DNA from: an uncultured Chloroflexia bacterium
GTDB lineage: Bacteria; Chloroflexota; UBA6077; JACCZL01
Length of the DNA: 64,000 bases
Direction: 5' to 3'
Assembly (NCBI GenBank): GCA_963765765.1
Contig: CAVXYC010000032.1
Location: 160,001 to 224,000, forward strand
Under the pieces are notes generated by a model. It did no database searches, was not told the origin of the DNA, and worked only from the letters and a program-made list of their open reading frames with translations. The translations under genes and the position numbers were made by a program. Numbering within the stretch: the stretch's first letter is position 1; every line of letters begins with the position of its first letter. Positions 54,331 to 64,000 of the stretch are shown here, in pieces.

Positions 54331-55152
54331 TCACTGCGACACGCCGTCCGTCGGCGGCGAGTCTGTGCCGTGCTTATCGGCGGAGAGGGCGATCTGGAGT
54401 CGGCTTTCCACGCCCAGCTTCCCCATGATGTCGATCATGTGCTTGGCCACCGTTTCGGGTGCGAGCCCGAGCCGCTCGGCGATCTGCTTATTCGTCAGCC
54501 CTCTGGCCACGAGCGCGGTAATCTCTCGCTGGGGGGCACTGAGCCCCGAGCCGGAGTCCGTGGCGCGGCGCCGATCCGGACGACGGGCATCGTGGGTGAT
54601 TGGCTCGGCACGTGCGGCGGAATTCACGATCACCGCCATCGCGATCACGCGCGCGGCAGCCTCCAGAAACTCCTGGTCCGCGGCCGTGAAGTGATTGGGG
54701 GATCCTGCGTGCGCATCGAGCACGCCGACGACCTGGTTGCCCACCTGCATCCGGCTGAGCACGCCGCTCCGGCTTTCCAGGGCTGTGGCAATGTCACGGC
54801 GCTCCTCGGGCTCCGTATCGCGGTGCCCGGTGCGGACGCTGGCGCCATCCCGGAAGACCCTGACCGCCAGGCCGCCATCCCGGAGCGGCAGACGATCGAC
54901 ACCGATTGCCCGCTCCAGACGACCCATGGGGGAACGCGGCGCGCGGACGGCGATGAGGCTTTCGGACGAAGCGTCATACAGGAAGATATCCAGCGCATCA
55001 GCCCCCACGGCCTTGACGATGATCGCCGACGCCGCGTCGAACACGGTCTGGAGCGGCGCGGTGGGATCAACCTGCGCCAGGGCGCAGAGCGCCGCATACC
55101 GAGAGCGCGACGGGCGTGAGGCCTCACCCGACGGCCGAACAACATTCCTCAC
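54331..55152 (-). CDS. GAF + LuxR HTH transcriptional regulator
   Basis: IFLYD...GLAVRVF...VVGVL...HFTAADQEFLEAAA GAF; LSAPQREI...GLTNKQIAERLG HTH. Confidence 0.85.
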   Translation of the reverse strand: MRNVVRPSGEASRPSRSRYAALCALAQVDPTAPLQTVFDAASAIIVKAVGADALDIFLYDASSESLIAVRAPRSPMGRLERAIGVDRLPLRDGGLAVRVFRDGASVRTGHRDTEPEERRDIATALESRSGVLSRMQVGNQVVGVLDAHAGSPNHFTAADQEFLEAAARVIAMAVIVNSAARAEPITHDARRPDRRRATDSGSGLSAPQREITALVARGLTNKQIAERLGLAPETVAKHMIDIMGKLGVESRLQIALSADKHGTDSPPTDGVSQ

Positions 55153-55332
55153 AATACAGCACCTTATACAAGCACCTTCGAGGTGATGGTCGCAGGGGAT
55201 CTCAGTGGGAGCATTCGGAGAGCGTGGCGCCCACTATATCGGAGCATCGCGCACGGTATATGTATGAAATTGCACATCCTCCCATGCAGCGTTCGGTTCA
55301 TTGTTAGCTGAGCACCAGGAGGGGAGCTGTCC

Positions 55333-56683
55333 ATGCCGCCAACGGAAGTTATCGCGCTCACGGATGAGATTCACGCTCGGTTGGAGCATGGCGAATTCGC
55401 CGGGCTGGGCCCGATCGCGGTGGAGGGCGGGATGTTCCTCCCCGACGCGGAGGTGGTCGCCCGGATCCTGCTCGCGGACGTCGAGGATTGGGCGGTACGC
55501 GAGTCCTGGGATCACGTCAGCCCCCCGCAGTGGAACCATCTCACCGCGCAGCTGCGCGATTTCCTGCATGAGGTCGAGCACCATCTTGCCATTCTTCGTG
55601 ACCCCGAGCACCTTCGCGCCGCGCACGGCGGTGAACTCGAGTCCCGGCCGGTACGAGGCGGCTTCCCGCTCCACCTTCCAGCGGTTCGAGCTGGCGCTGC
55701 GGCGATCGCCGGTGATCGTCTACAGTCAGGACACCGAGCTGCGCTACACCTGGGTCTACAATCCGCACCCGGATTTCGTGCCCGAAGACATCATCGGCAC
55801 GACGGACGCGGCGTTCTACCAGCCGGACGAGCTGGAGCGCCTACAGGGCATCAAGCGGCGCGTCATGGCCACGGGCATCGGCACCCGAGAAACGGTGCTC
55901 GCGACGTTGTATGGCACGCCCACGTACTATGACCTGACGGTCGAACCGCTCTACGACGCACGAGGCGCGATCATCGGCGTGACCGGCGCGGCCACGGACA
56001 TCACGGCCCTCATGCGCACCGAGCAGGCGCTGGCCCGGCGCGAGGCCCAGCTCAATGAAGCACAGCGGATCGCCCAGCTCGGCAGCTGGGAGTGGGACGC
56101 GGTCACCGAGCAGCTGAGCTGGTCCCCCGAGCACTATCGCATCATGGGATGTGATCCCGAGGCGGGGGTGCCCAGTATTCCGTCGGCATGCGAACGGATC
56201 CACCCCGACGATCGAGAACCCACCGTGCAGCTGATGCAGCGGAGCTTTGAAACGGGCGAGCCGTTCGCCTGTGAGTTTCGCATTGTCCATCCCGATGGCG
56301 AGGAGCGGGTGATTCACAGCCGCGGCGCCGTGGTGCGCAATGCCGCCGGCCGTGTGGAGCGCCTGATCGGGACGGCGCAGGACATCACCGAACGGGTGCA
56401 GGCGGAAGCTTTGCGGGCGGCCGACCGCGAGCGGCAGGCGCGCCTGGACGGTATGATCTTCGCGGCCCGGCAGCGCGCCGACCGGATGTCCGACCGCCTG
56501 GAGCAATCCCGCGGAGGCGCGGAGGCAGCCGCCCCGGACTGGGCGCTGTGCGCGGAGATGCGCGCGGCGCTGGACGCGAACATGCAGGACTTACTTGATC
56601 TGCGGCGACTGGTGCGCGAGGCGCCATCGAGCGACGGGGACGGGTGCGATGGTGAAGGGAGCGAGCGGACGCCGAAGGCGTAG
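55333..56683 (+). CDS. unknown N-terminal domain + PAS + PAS sensor protein with no intact output domain; frameshift near 55650
   Basis: YSQDTELRYTWVYN PAS; EAQRIAQLGSWEWD...IHPDDR...GTAQDITER PAS/PAC. Confidence 0.78.
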
Positions 56684-56881
56684 CTTCGCAGTTTCGCGCT
56701 CGGGAATCCGTTGGTGCTGATGTCGGCCCATGCAGACCAGGCGGCCATTGACGTGGCGGTTCGGACCGGGCTCGTCACGCGCTTTCTCGCGAAGCCGTTC
56801 GACGTCGAGACATTGGTCCGCGAAGTGGCTGATGCGGTGAGGCTCCGTGAGGGCATCACCCCAGAGAGCCAGAACGACTAG
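56684..56881 (+). pseudogene. C-terminal half of a receiver domain, in frame after the PAS gene stop
   Basis: PLVLMSAHADQAAIDVAVRTGLVTRFLAKPFDVETLVREV; no start codon and no phosphoacceptor Asp region. Confidence 0.65.
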
Positions 56882-57231
56882 GGGCCGAGTCCCGACTTCC
56901 CTGGTGCTCCATGCGCCGAAATCAGCGAGCAGTGAGGGGCCAGAGCTGATCGTGCCAATCGCTTCGGCTTCGCGAGAGCGGTGCGCAGCGGGGAGTCCCT
57001 TCCGCGATCTTCACGACGATCCTGCGAGCGAGCGCAGGCTGCGATCGCTGAGGGCCTGGCGGTTCCTGTAACCCTCGGTTCTTGGTGGCTTGCACAGGAA
57101 CATCATCCGCGTGCTCCCGAAGCTGGATTGGCCAGAGCCAGATGCGCCTGCCGATAGAAACACAGGCGAACGATCAAGCACGGGGCGTTCCGTCGGTCCT
57201 ACCGATAACGGTGCCGAGCCTGATGCCTGTC

Positions 57232-57248
57232 TGTTCCGATAACCCCCA
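57232..57248 (+). other. candidate recombinase core half-site plus spacer
   Basis: TGTTCCGATAA-CCCCCA, matching 63892-63908 at 16 of 17 nt. Confidence 0.35.
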
Positions 57249-57370
57249 ACCCGCACGGGATTGCTGCGGTCTGAATTCACGGCGGGCGGATGAAGGATGG
57301 ATTCCCAGAATGGGGGTCGCGGGAACCGGAGGTTCTAAGCCTCGTGTCATTGAACTGGGACTATTGCGTA

Positions 57371-57430
57371 CCATGAGAGTGGTTGATACATTTAGATACG
57401 TATAGATCGCGTTTTTCCGGTGTTGAGACA
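57371..57430 (+). promoter_or_regulatory. 10-bp-phased direct repeats upstream of the HTH-MEDS-PAS gene
   Basis: TTGATAC (57383), TAGATAC (57393), TAGATCG (57403) and TTGAGAC (57423), all in the same helical register. Confidence 0.55.
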
Positions 57431-58814
57431 CTCAGTCTCGACGACGGCGTCTCGAAAGGTGCCCGCATGGTGGTCTCTGACAGCCGCGAGTCTCCCCCGC
57501 GCGTCGATGCGGGGAGCGGAACCGGTGCGCCTGCACTACTACAACATCTCGGAGGCCGCGGCGGTCCTGGGGGTGAGCCGGATTACCGTTTCGCGCTGGG
57601 TTGGGAAGGGCCGTCTCCCCGTTGCCCGCCTCGGCCATAGGACGATCCGGTACCGGAGAGAAGACCTGGAGCTGTTCCTCGCGAAGCACCGCCTCCGTCC
57701 ATTGCGTGCCGCCATGATGCCCGTCTCGATGGCCGACTGGGGTGACGACGATGCGAGCCTTCGTCCCGAGCATGTCGTCCAGTTTTACGAAGCGGATGAA
57801 GCGCTGATCAGCGCCACGAGCGCGTATATCGGCGGGGCGCTCGGCGCGGACGGCGTCGGCATCACGATCGCGACCGAGGCACACCGCCGGGCTATCGAAA
57901 ACCGCCTGCGGGCCGATGGATTCGACCTCGAGGCGGTCCACCTGAGCGGGCAGTACATCGCGTTGGACGCCTCCGAGACCCTCGAGCGACTCATCGTGGA
58001 CGATGAGCCGGATGCGGAGCGCTTCGCTGACGTGATCGGTGCTGTGATCGCGCGGGCGACCGAAGGCGGCCGCCCGGTGCGCGCGTTCGGCGAGATGGTG
58101 GCGCTGCTGGCGGCCGATGGGCGTCACGCGCCCGCGCTCCGGCTCGAATCTCTCTGGAACGGTGGCCAACACACCCACCGGTTTTCACTCTTATGCGCCT
58201 ACCCGATGGAGGTCATGGGCCGCTCCGGCTTCTCCGACCTGCTGGGGGGCGTATGCGAAGCTCACGGCCGAATCATCCCCACGGAGAGCTTCTCGCGACT
58301 CGATCATCCGAATGCGCGGTTTCGGGAGATCACGCGGCTGCAACTGCGGGCCGCTTCGCTCGAGGCCGAAGTCGCGGAGCGGCGGCGCATCGAAGCGCGG
58401 CTGCGTTGCAGCGAGCGGGAGCTGCGCGACTTCATCGAGAACGCCACGGAGGGCCTGCACTGCGTGGGTCCCGACGGGCGGATTCTGTGGGCCAATCGCG
58501 CGGAGCTGGAGCTGCTCGGCTATACCGCGGACGAGTACATCGGCCGGTCCATCGCCGATTTCCACGCCGACCCGGACGCGATCGCCGACATCTTGTGCCG
58601 CCTGGGGGCCAACGAGCAGCTGCAGGAGTATCCCGCACGCCTGCGCGCCAAGGGTGGCTCGATCAAGCATGTGCTGATCAATTCGAACGTCTACCGCGAG
58701 GATGGTCGCATCATCCACGCCCATTGTTTCACCCGCGACGTCACGGCGCGGAAGGAGGCGGAGGACCACGCATCGATTCTCAGGCGCCTCGGAGCGTCAA
58801 GCGGTGGGATGTGA
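57420..58814 (+). CDS. excisionase/MerR-type HTH (HTH_17) + MEDS + PAS regulator; true start probably ~57508-57525
   Basis: YNISEAAAVLGVSRITVSRWVGKGRLP..R.GHRTIRYRREDL; HVVQFYE...VRAFGEMVALL...LCAYP (MEDS); DFIENA...WANRAELELLGY...TRDVT (PAS). Confidence 0.85.
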   Translation: MLRHSVSTTASRKVPAWWSLTAASLPRASMRGAEPVRLHYYNISEAAAVLGVSRITVSRWVGKGRLPVARLGHRTIRYRREDLELFLAKHRLRPLRAAMMPVSMADWGDDDASLRPEHVVQFYEADEALISATSAYIGGALGADGVGITIATEAHRRAIENRLRADGFDLEAVHLSGQYIALDASETLERLIVDDEPDAERFADVIGAVIARATEGGRPVRAFGEMVALLAADGRHAPALRLESLWNGGQHTHRFSLLCAYPMEVMGRSGFSDLLGGVCEAHGRIIPTESFSRLDHPNARFREITRLQLRAASLEAEVAERRRIEARLRCSERELRDFIENATEGLHCVGPDGRILWANRAELELLGYTADEYIGRSIADFHADPDAIADILCRLGANEQLQEYPARLRAKGGSIKHVLINSNVYREDGRIIHAHCFTRDVTARKEAEDHASILRRLGASSGGM

Positions 58815-59167
58815 GCCGGCCACCTCGTCGGAGTCGACGAGCACGACGCACCGGCTGGACTCGCCGTGGCGCCGGCACTCCTCCAGGAGCACCCCGCGCC
58901 GGGTGTCGGTGCTCAGATCGGGCACGGCTCCGCGCTACGGAATTGGGCCGATTGTCCGGTGTGGAATGGCCGTGATGGAGCTATGATGAGCCAAGGTAGG
59001 TTTTCGCATGACAGCGCATCGGACATGACCCCGCCGTGCGGGGTTCGGCACGACTCGGCGCCGGGCGGGACGCCGGTCGTCAGCCTGACCGCTAGGGATC
59101 GGCAATCCATGACGGCCGTGCCAACGCGCCCGCTGGCCATGGACCGGTGGACTGAGCCGGAGCCACG

Positions 59168-61945
59168 ATGACCGGAACCCGAGCTCGGCAGGTGCCGAGC
59201 ACGACGCAACCGAGCACCAAGCTCCGCCCTCCCGAGCTCCCATCGGATTTCGTTCCCCGGCCACGGATACACCAGCGGCTGACGGCCGGCTGGGGATGCC
59301 CGCTGATGCTGGTGTGCGCGCCGGCCGGATTCGGGAAGACCATCGCGCTGGCCGGCTGGCTCCAGGACGCTCGGCGTCCCTGGGTGTGGGTCAGCCTGGA
59401 CGAGCACGACAGCGATCTGGTGAGCTTCACGCGCGTGCTCGTCGCGGCGCTGGGCACCGTCATTCCGCGGGCCGGTCACCAGGCGTTGGCGCTGGCCGCG
59501 CAGACCGAGCACCCGTCGCTCAGCCAGTTGAGCGCCCTGCTGGCCGACGATCTCGCGGGGATCGACCACGAGCTGGTCATCGTACTGGACGACGTTCACC
59601 TGATCCGCGACGAGGCGATCCACGTGCTCGTGGCGCTGCTGGCGCGGCGTCTCCCGCCGAGCATCCAGCTGGTGCTGGCCAGCCGCGAGGCGCCGCCACT
59701 GCCGGTGGCGCTGCTGGACGGCCGGCACGCGCTGGTCGAGGTGCGGGCCGACGATCTGCGCTTCGATCGGGCCGAGGCGCTGGCGTTCGTGCGGGGGATG
59801 AGCGATGCCCCGCTCGACCTTCAGCTCGTCGCCGATGCGGTCGAGCGGTCGGAGGGCTGGGCGGTGGGGCTGCGCCTGCTGACCCTGGTCGGCGGACCAT
59901 CCGGGGCGCGGCGGACCGGCCGGTCGGCGGCTCCGCAGAAGCAGGACGTGGACGCCTATCTTTTTGACGAGGTGCTGGCCCGCCAGACACCGGAGCGGCG
60001 GCGCTTTCTGATGCAGGCGGCGATCCTGGAGCGCTTCTGCGCGCCGCTGTGCGAGGCGGTCGTGGATGGCCAGCAGGCCGGGCGACGGCCGGCGCGTGCT
60101 GGACGAGAGCCTGGCCGCCGGGCTGTTTGTGACAGCGCTGGACGACGAGCAGTGCTGGTACCGCTTCCACCACCTATTCCGCGCCATGCTGCAGCGCCGC
60201 CTCGAGCACGATGCCGGAGCCGAGGGCGTACGGGCGCTGCGGCAGCGGGCCAGCGACTGGCTGGCCGGGCAGGGGTTGTGGGACGAGGCGGCGGCCCAGG
60301 CGATCGAGGCGGACGACGTCGACCGGGTCACATCGCTGGTCGAGACCTGCCTGATGACCGAGCGGAGCATCGACGTGTGATTGATGCTCGACGCGTGGAC
60401 CCGTCGGCTCCCGCGTGACGTTGTGGACGCGAGCCCGACGCTCATCGCTGGCCCGCTGCGGGATGCTAACCATCCGCGGCGAGGTGGACGAGCTCGAGTC
60501 GCAGCTGCGTCGGCTCGACAGCGCTGCTCGCCGCAGAGCCAGTGCGCATGAGCGCCGGCCTTGCTCCCGATCGCTCGCGGTCAGATCGACAGGCAGCTCG
60601 CGTGGGTGCTCCATCTGAAGGGCGGCGACGATCACGAAGCGCACGCGCGTGCCGAGCGCGCGCTCGATCTGCTGCCGATCGACCAGTACGACTACCGTGG
60701 GAGTACCGGTCGCACTCTACGCCTTTACATTGCACTGTCTGGGCCGGACCGAGGAGGCGCTCGCCTGGATCAGGGCCGAGCACGGTCGGGATACGGCGCG
60801 GCATCCCGACTACGCCGCGCGCCTGCTGATTGGCCGGCTGTACGTCGAGCTCGCATCGGGGCGGCTGTCGGCCGCCGTCGAGACCGGCCGGCAGATGGTG
60901 GTCTTCGGCAGCGCGCGCCAGCAGCCACTGGCGATCGGCTGGGGGCACTACGCCCAGGGACGGGTCGCGTACGAGTGGAACGATCTCGACGGGGCGTGCG
61001 AGCATTTCGAGGCCGTGCGGGCGCTCGGCCGCGATGCCCACCGCATGTGCTCGGTCAACGCGACGCTCGGGCTGGCGCAGACGCTCATGGCCGGAGGGCA
61101 ACCGGCCGAAGCGGAGCAGCTCGTGGCGCGCGGAGCTCGCGGAGGTCGAGGCGGCGGGCAACGCGTTCTTCGTCGAGCGCGTGCGATCGTTTCTGGCGCG
61201 CCTGGTGCTCGCGTCGGATGGCCCGGACGGGCCGCCCAGTGGCTCGCGGGGGTCCCGATCACCCGCCAGGGGACCATCGGGTTCGACCTCGAGGATGCGC
61301 GGCTCACCCGCGCGCGCGTCCTGGTGGCGTGGGCCAGCTCCGAGGACCTGGAGCCTGGATGAAGCGGCCGCCGCGGTGGACCACGCGATCGCGGCCGCCG
61401 ACGGCGCGGCACATGACCTTCTCGCTCGTCGGGGGGCTGGCGCTGCGCGCGGTGGTCGAGCGGTCGCGTGGTGAGATGCAGCGGGCCGCCGGGTCGCTGG
61501 CGCGGGCCCTGGAGCTCGGCGGGCCGGGGCACTTCACGCGGACGTTCATCGATCTCGGGCCGCCGCTGACCGCGCTGCTGGCCGAGCTGATGCACCAGGG
61601 CGAGCTGGCGCCGGGCGGACGGCGGGTGCTCATGGCCTGCCGGGCGGCGTCCGCGGGGGCGGGTATCGATCGGCCGAGCCGGACGGAATCCGTGGTGCCG
61701 CTGTCCGCCGGCCGAGCCGCGACGCGGCTGAGCCGAGCATCGTCGAAGCGCTGACCTGGCATGAGCTCGACGTGCTGGCGTTGATGGACGGACACGTCAG
61801 CACCGAGGAGATCACGCGGCTATTGGGGCTGGACGACGCGACCGTGCAGCGACACGTCACGAGCATCGCCAGCAAGCTCCGGGTGGTCGGCCGTGACGAC
61901 GCGGTGCGGCAGCCGGACGATGATGAGCCGCCGCCATCGGCCTGA
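59168..61945 (+). pseudogene. MalT-like ATP-dependent LuxR regulator (STAND); many frameshifts and an in-frame TGA at ~60378
   Basis: TKLRPP, APAGFGKT, WVSLDEHD, LDDVH, EGWAVGL and WYRFHHLF; C-terminal EALTWHELDVL HTH. Confidence 0.85.
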
Positions 61946-62082
61946 CCCTGGCGGCGGGGAGGACCTCGGCTGAGCACCGGAGAAACGCTCAGCAAATCAG
62001 TGGCCGGACTGTTCACGGCGTCACGGACTCCCCGTCATCCGTCGTCTGGTGGTTGATACGATGATGGCGAAGGAACTGTACG

Positions 62083-63395
62083 ATGGCGAGCGCCATGCGC
62101 GCTGATGGTCCCCTGACGAAGGCCTCGGTGGCCGCGGTCGTGCTCCCGGCCGCGGCCAGCCAGCTGTGGTTCGTCACGCTGCCGCCCTTCCTCCCGACGA
62201 TCGCCGAGGCGATCGGGGTGAGCACGGCGCTGGCGGGCCAGATCGTGGGCCTGCCGGTATTGCTCGCCGCGGTGCTGATCCTGGGTCGTGGGCCCGCTCA
62301 TCGACGCCTACGGGCATGCGCGGGTGATGACGGTGGCCCTGGTGGCCATCGCCGTCAGCTCGCTGGGCACCGCGGTGGCCACCGGCGCCGGCGTGCTGCT
62401 CGCCGCTCGCCTGGTGGGCGCATTCGGTCGGGCCGGGGTTATTCCGGCCGCGTTCGTCGAGGCGGTGGAGCGGCCCAGCCAGGAGCAGCGCCGCCACGGC
62501 ACTAGCTGGGTGGTCGCGGGCGCGGCGGCGGCACCCCTCCTCGGCGTCCCGCTGCTCACGCAGGTCGGCGCGCAGGCCGGCTGGCGTGTGGCGTTTGTCC
62601 TGATCAGTATCCTGGCCGCGCTCAGCTGCCATGCTGGCGTGGCGACAGCCTCGCGGGCATCCGTCGGCCTCGGCGCGAGCGGCCCGACCAACGCTGCGCA
62701 GTGTCCGGCCGCTGCTCTCCGAGCCGGCGATCACGACGGTGCTGCTCTCATCGCTCGTGGGGAACGCCGGCCTGTGGACGGAGCTCACCTACCTCGGGGT
62801 GCTCTATCAGAACCGGCTGGGGCTTGGGGCGCAGGATGCCGGCTGGGCCCTCACCGCGTTCGGGCTCGGCCAGCTCGCCGGGTCACTGGCCGCGCGGGAC
62901 CGCCGTGTTGGCCGGGCCTCGCGTCGCCTGCTGGCCGCCTGTCGTGTGGGGATGGGCGTGCTGCTCGGCCTCGCGTTCCTCATGCCCGTCGGAGCGACCG
63001 GCGTGGCGGTGATGCTCTTCGGTGGTGGGGTGCTTGGGGGTGTGCAAGCATCCATCATGCCGCTGATCTTGAGTCGACAGCCGTCGACTGAGACGGGGAC
63101 CGTCCAATCGCTCAACTGGCTGGCGCTCACCGCCGGCATCGCCCTGGGAGCCTCGTTCGGCGGCGTCCTCCTCGCGGCCGGCGATCTCCCGTTCGTGGGG
63201 ATCGGCACGCTGGGGCTCTCGTGGCTGGCAGCGGCGATTCTCTTGTGGTCCCGTTCAGCGAGTCGCACCCCTGCGACACGGGCGCCAGCCGTCATAGAGT
63301 GCTCGGGCACGGTTCCAGCCATGTTCATGGGCACGGGGCGGGCGGCTGATTGGCTCATTGAATCGGTTGCCGATCCGGTGCAGCTCGCGACGTAG
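62083..63395 (+). CDS. MFS transporter; two frameshifts
   Basis: About 12 TM segments across ORFs 62083, 62288 and 62631; GPLIDAYG motif A-like; GWRVAF. Confidence 0.78.
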
Positions 63396-63563
63396 CCAGG
63401 AGCCGCCGTTCACATCACGCCGCGGCGGCGTGATCGCCCGCTGGTGGCCGACACGGCGACGCAGGCACGGACCATGCGATAGACACCGCCCGCAGCGGTC
63501 GGTACGTTGGTACGACGTGCCATAGACTTCACTCACACCGAAGCCCGGCGGTGTCCGAAGGGG

Positions 63564-63839
63564 ATGCAGATGACAGAGTCGTCAATGGGCGATGATCGTG
63601 CGCTGCGACGCTTTCGTGCCGCGCTCGCGGCCGCCGAGGCGGCGCCATCGGAAGCAAACGTCGCCGAGCTCCGCCAGGCAGCGCTTGCGCTAAAGGACCA
63701 GCTTCGCGCGAGGTATCGGGCCGCGGGCAGTCCGTATGGCGATCACCGGGAGGGCCTGTTCCGCTGGCTCCGAGAGGTCATCGCCGTTCCGGATCGGGAG
63801 ATTGCTGAGATGGAGAGCGATGGCAGCATGACGAAGTAG
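63564..63839 (+). CDS. small hypothetical helical protein
   Basis: ORF with GAAGGGG RBS-like sequence; RYRAAGSPYGD..EGLFRWL. Confidence 0.5.
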   Translation: MQMTESSMGDDRALRRFRAALAAAEAAPSEANVAELRQAALALKDQLRARYRAAGSPYGDHREGLFRWLREVIAVPDREIAEMESDGSMTK

Positions 63840-63891
63840 GCCCTCGCACTATGGGCATCGCGTCGCACTCCTGAGCCTCAAAACATCCTGA

Positions 63892-63919
63892 TGTTCCGAT
63901 TACCCCCATTACCAGAACA
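63892..63919. other. candidate 11-6-11 site-specific recombinase core site
   Basis: TGTTCCGATTA-CCCCCA-TTACCAGAACA, an imperfect dyad. Confidence 0.4.
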
Positions 63920-63930
63920 AAGTCATCTAG

Positions 63931-64000
63931 CAGGCTGCTGAAAATGCACAGGCGGATCTTGGCCTGATGGGGAATCGCGCCATTTTTCGGTTGTCAACCC
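63931..64000. mobile_element. probable end of an IS5/IS1182-type element continuing beyond the window
   Basis: CTAG followed by CAGGCTGCTGAAAA, which resembles termini of these families; no transposase is visible. Confidence 0.35.

Noticed and set aside
56681-56683. Pyrrolysine or read-through recoding of in-frame TAG codons (also ~49247) and the TGA at ~60378
   Set aside because: All lie in decayed genes, no pyl or sel machinery or SECIS-like structure is visible, and normal genes use TAG and TGA as stops.
59007-59116. CATGAC repeats upstream of the MalT-like gene as an operator
   Set aside because: Irregular spacing and a short motif; cannot be distinguished from chance.
58913-60445. Long antisense or alternative-frame ORFs (e.g. 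510 aa at 58913, 463 aa at 49361, 313 aa at 7370)
   Set aside because: They are shadows of GC-rich coding regions, with Arg/Pro/Ala-biased translations and no motifs.
1-64000. CRISPR array, tRNA/rRNA, integrase, defence system or RiPP cluster
   Set aside because: No regularly spaced repeats, cloverleaf sequences, recombinase ORFs or matching gene sets were seen.

Overview
64-kb window from a GC-rich bacterium; gene content and style point to Chloroflexota (inference: orphan ABC/TTT solute-binding lipoproteins, MetE-II-like protein, F420 PPOX enzyme, LigX-like Rieske oxygenase). Many genes carry single-base frameshifts, probably long-read assembly errors. Bases 1-43.3 kb are chromosomal core and metabolism: thrC, an OmpR/HK pair, an amidase, dapF, nagZ, ppa, malate synthase with acyl-CoA enzymes, general-stress genes, ychF and several REP-type intergenic inverted repeats. 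Bases ~43.4-64 kb are an accessory, partly decayed signalling region with a complete ISAs1 (10-bp target duplication), a complete ISKra4, a probable third IS end, integrative-element relics and many regulators. Best leads: (1) two translationally coupled PknB-like PASTA proteins that both lack all kinase catalytic motifs; (2) an RsbU N-terminal domain fused to a histidine kinase next to a receiver and two ferritin-like genes; (3) a Xis/BldC-type HTH-MEDS-PAS regulator preceded by 10-bp-phased direct repeats; (4) an unrecognised ~75-aa domain present in two neighbouring proteins; (5) two matching recombinase-like core sites flanking 57.2-63.9 kb; (6) sigma54-like -24/-12 motifs ahead of three general-stress loci. 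No rRNA, tRNA or CRISPR array was recognised. All calls were made by eye, without database searches.
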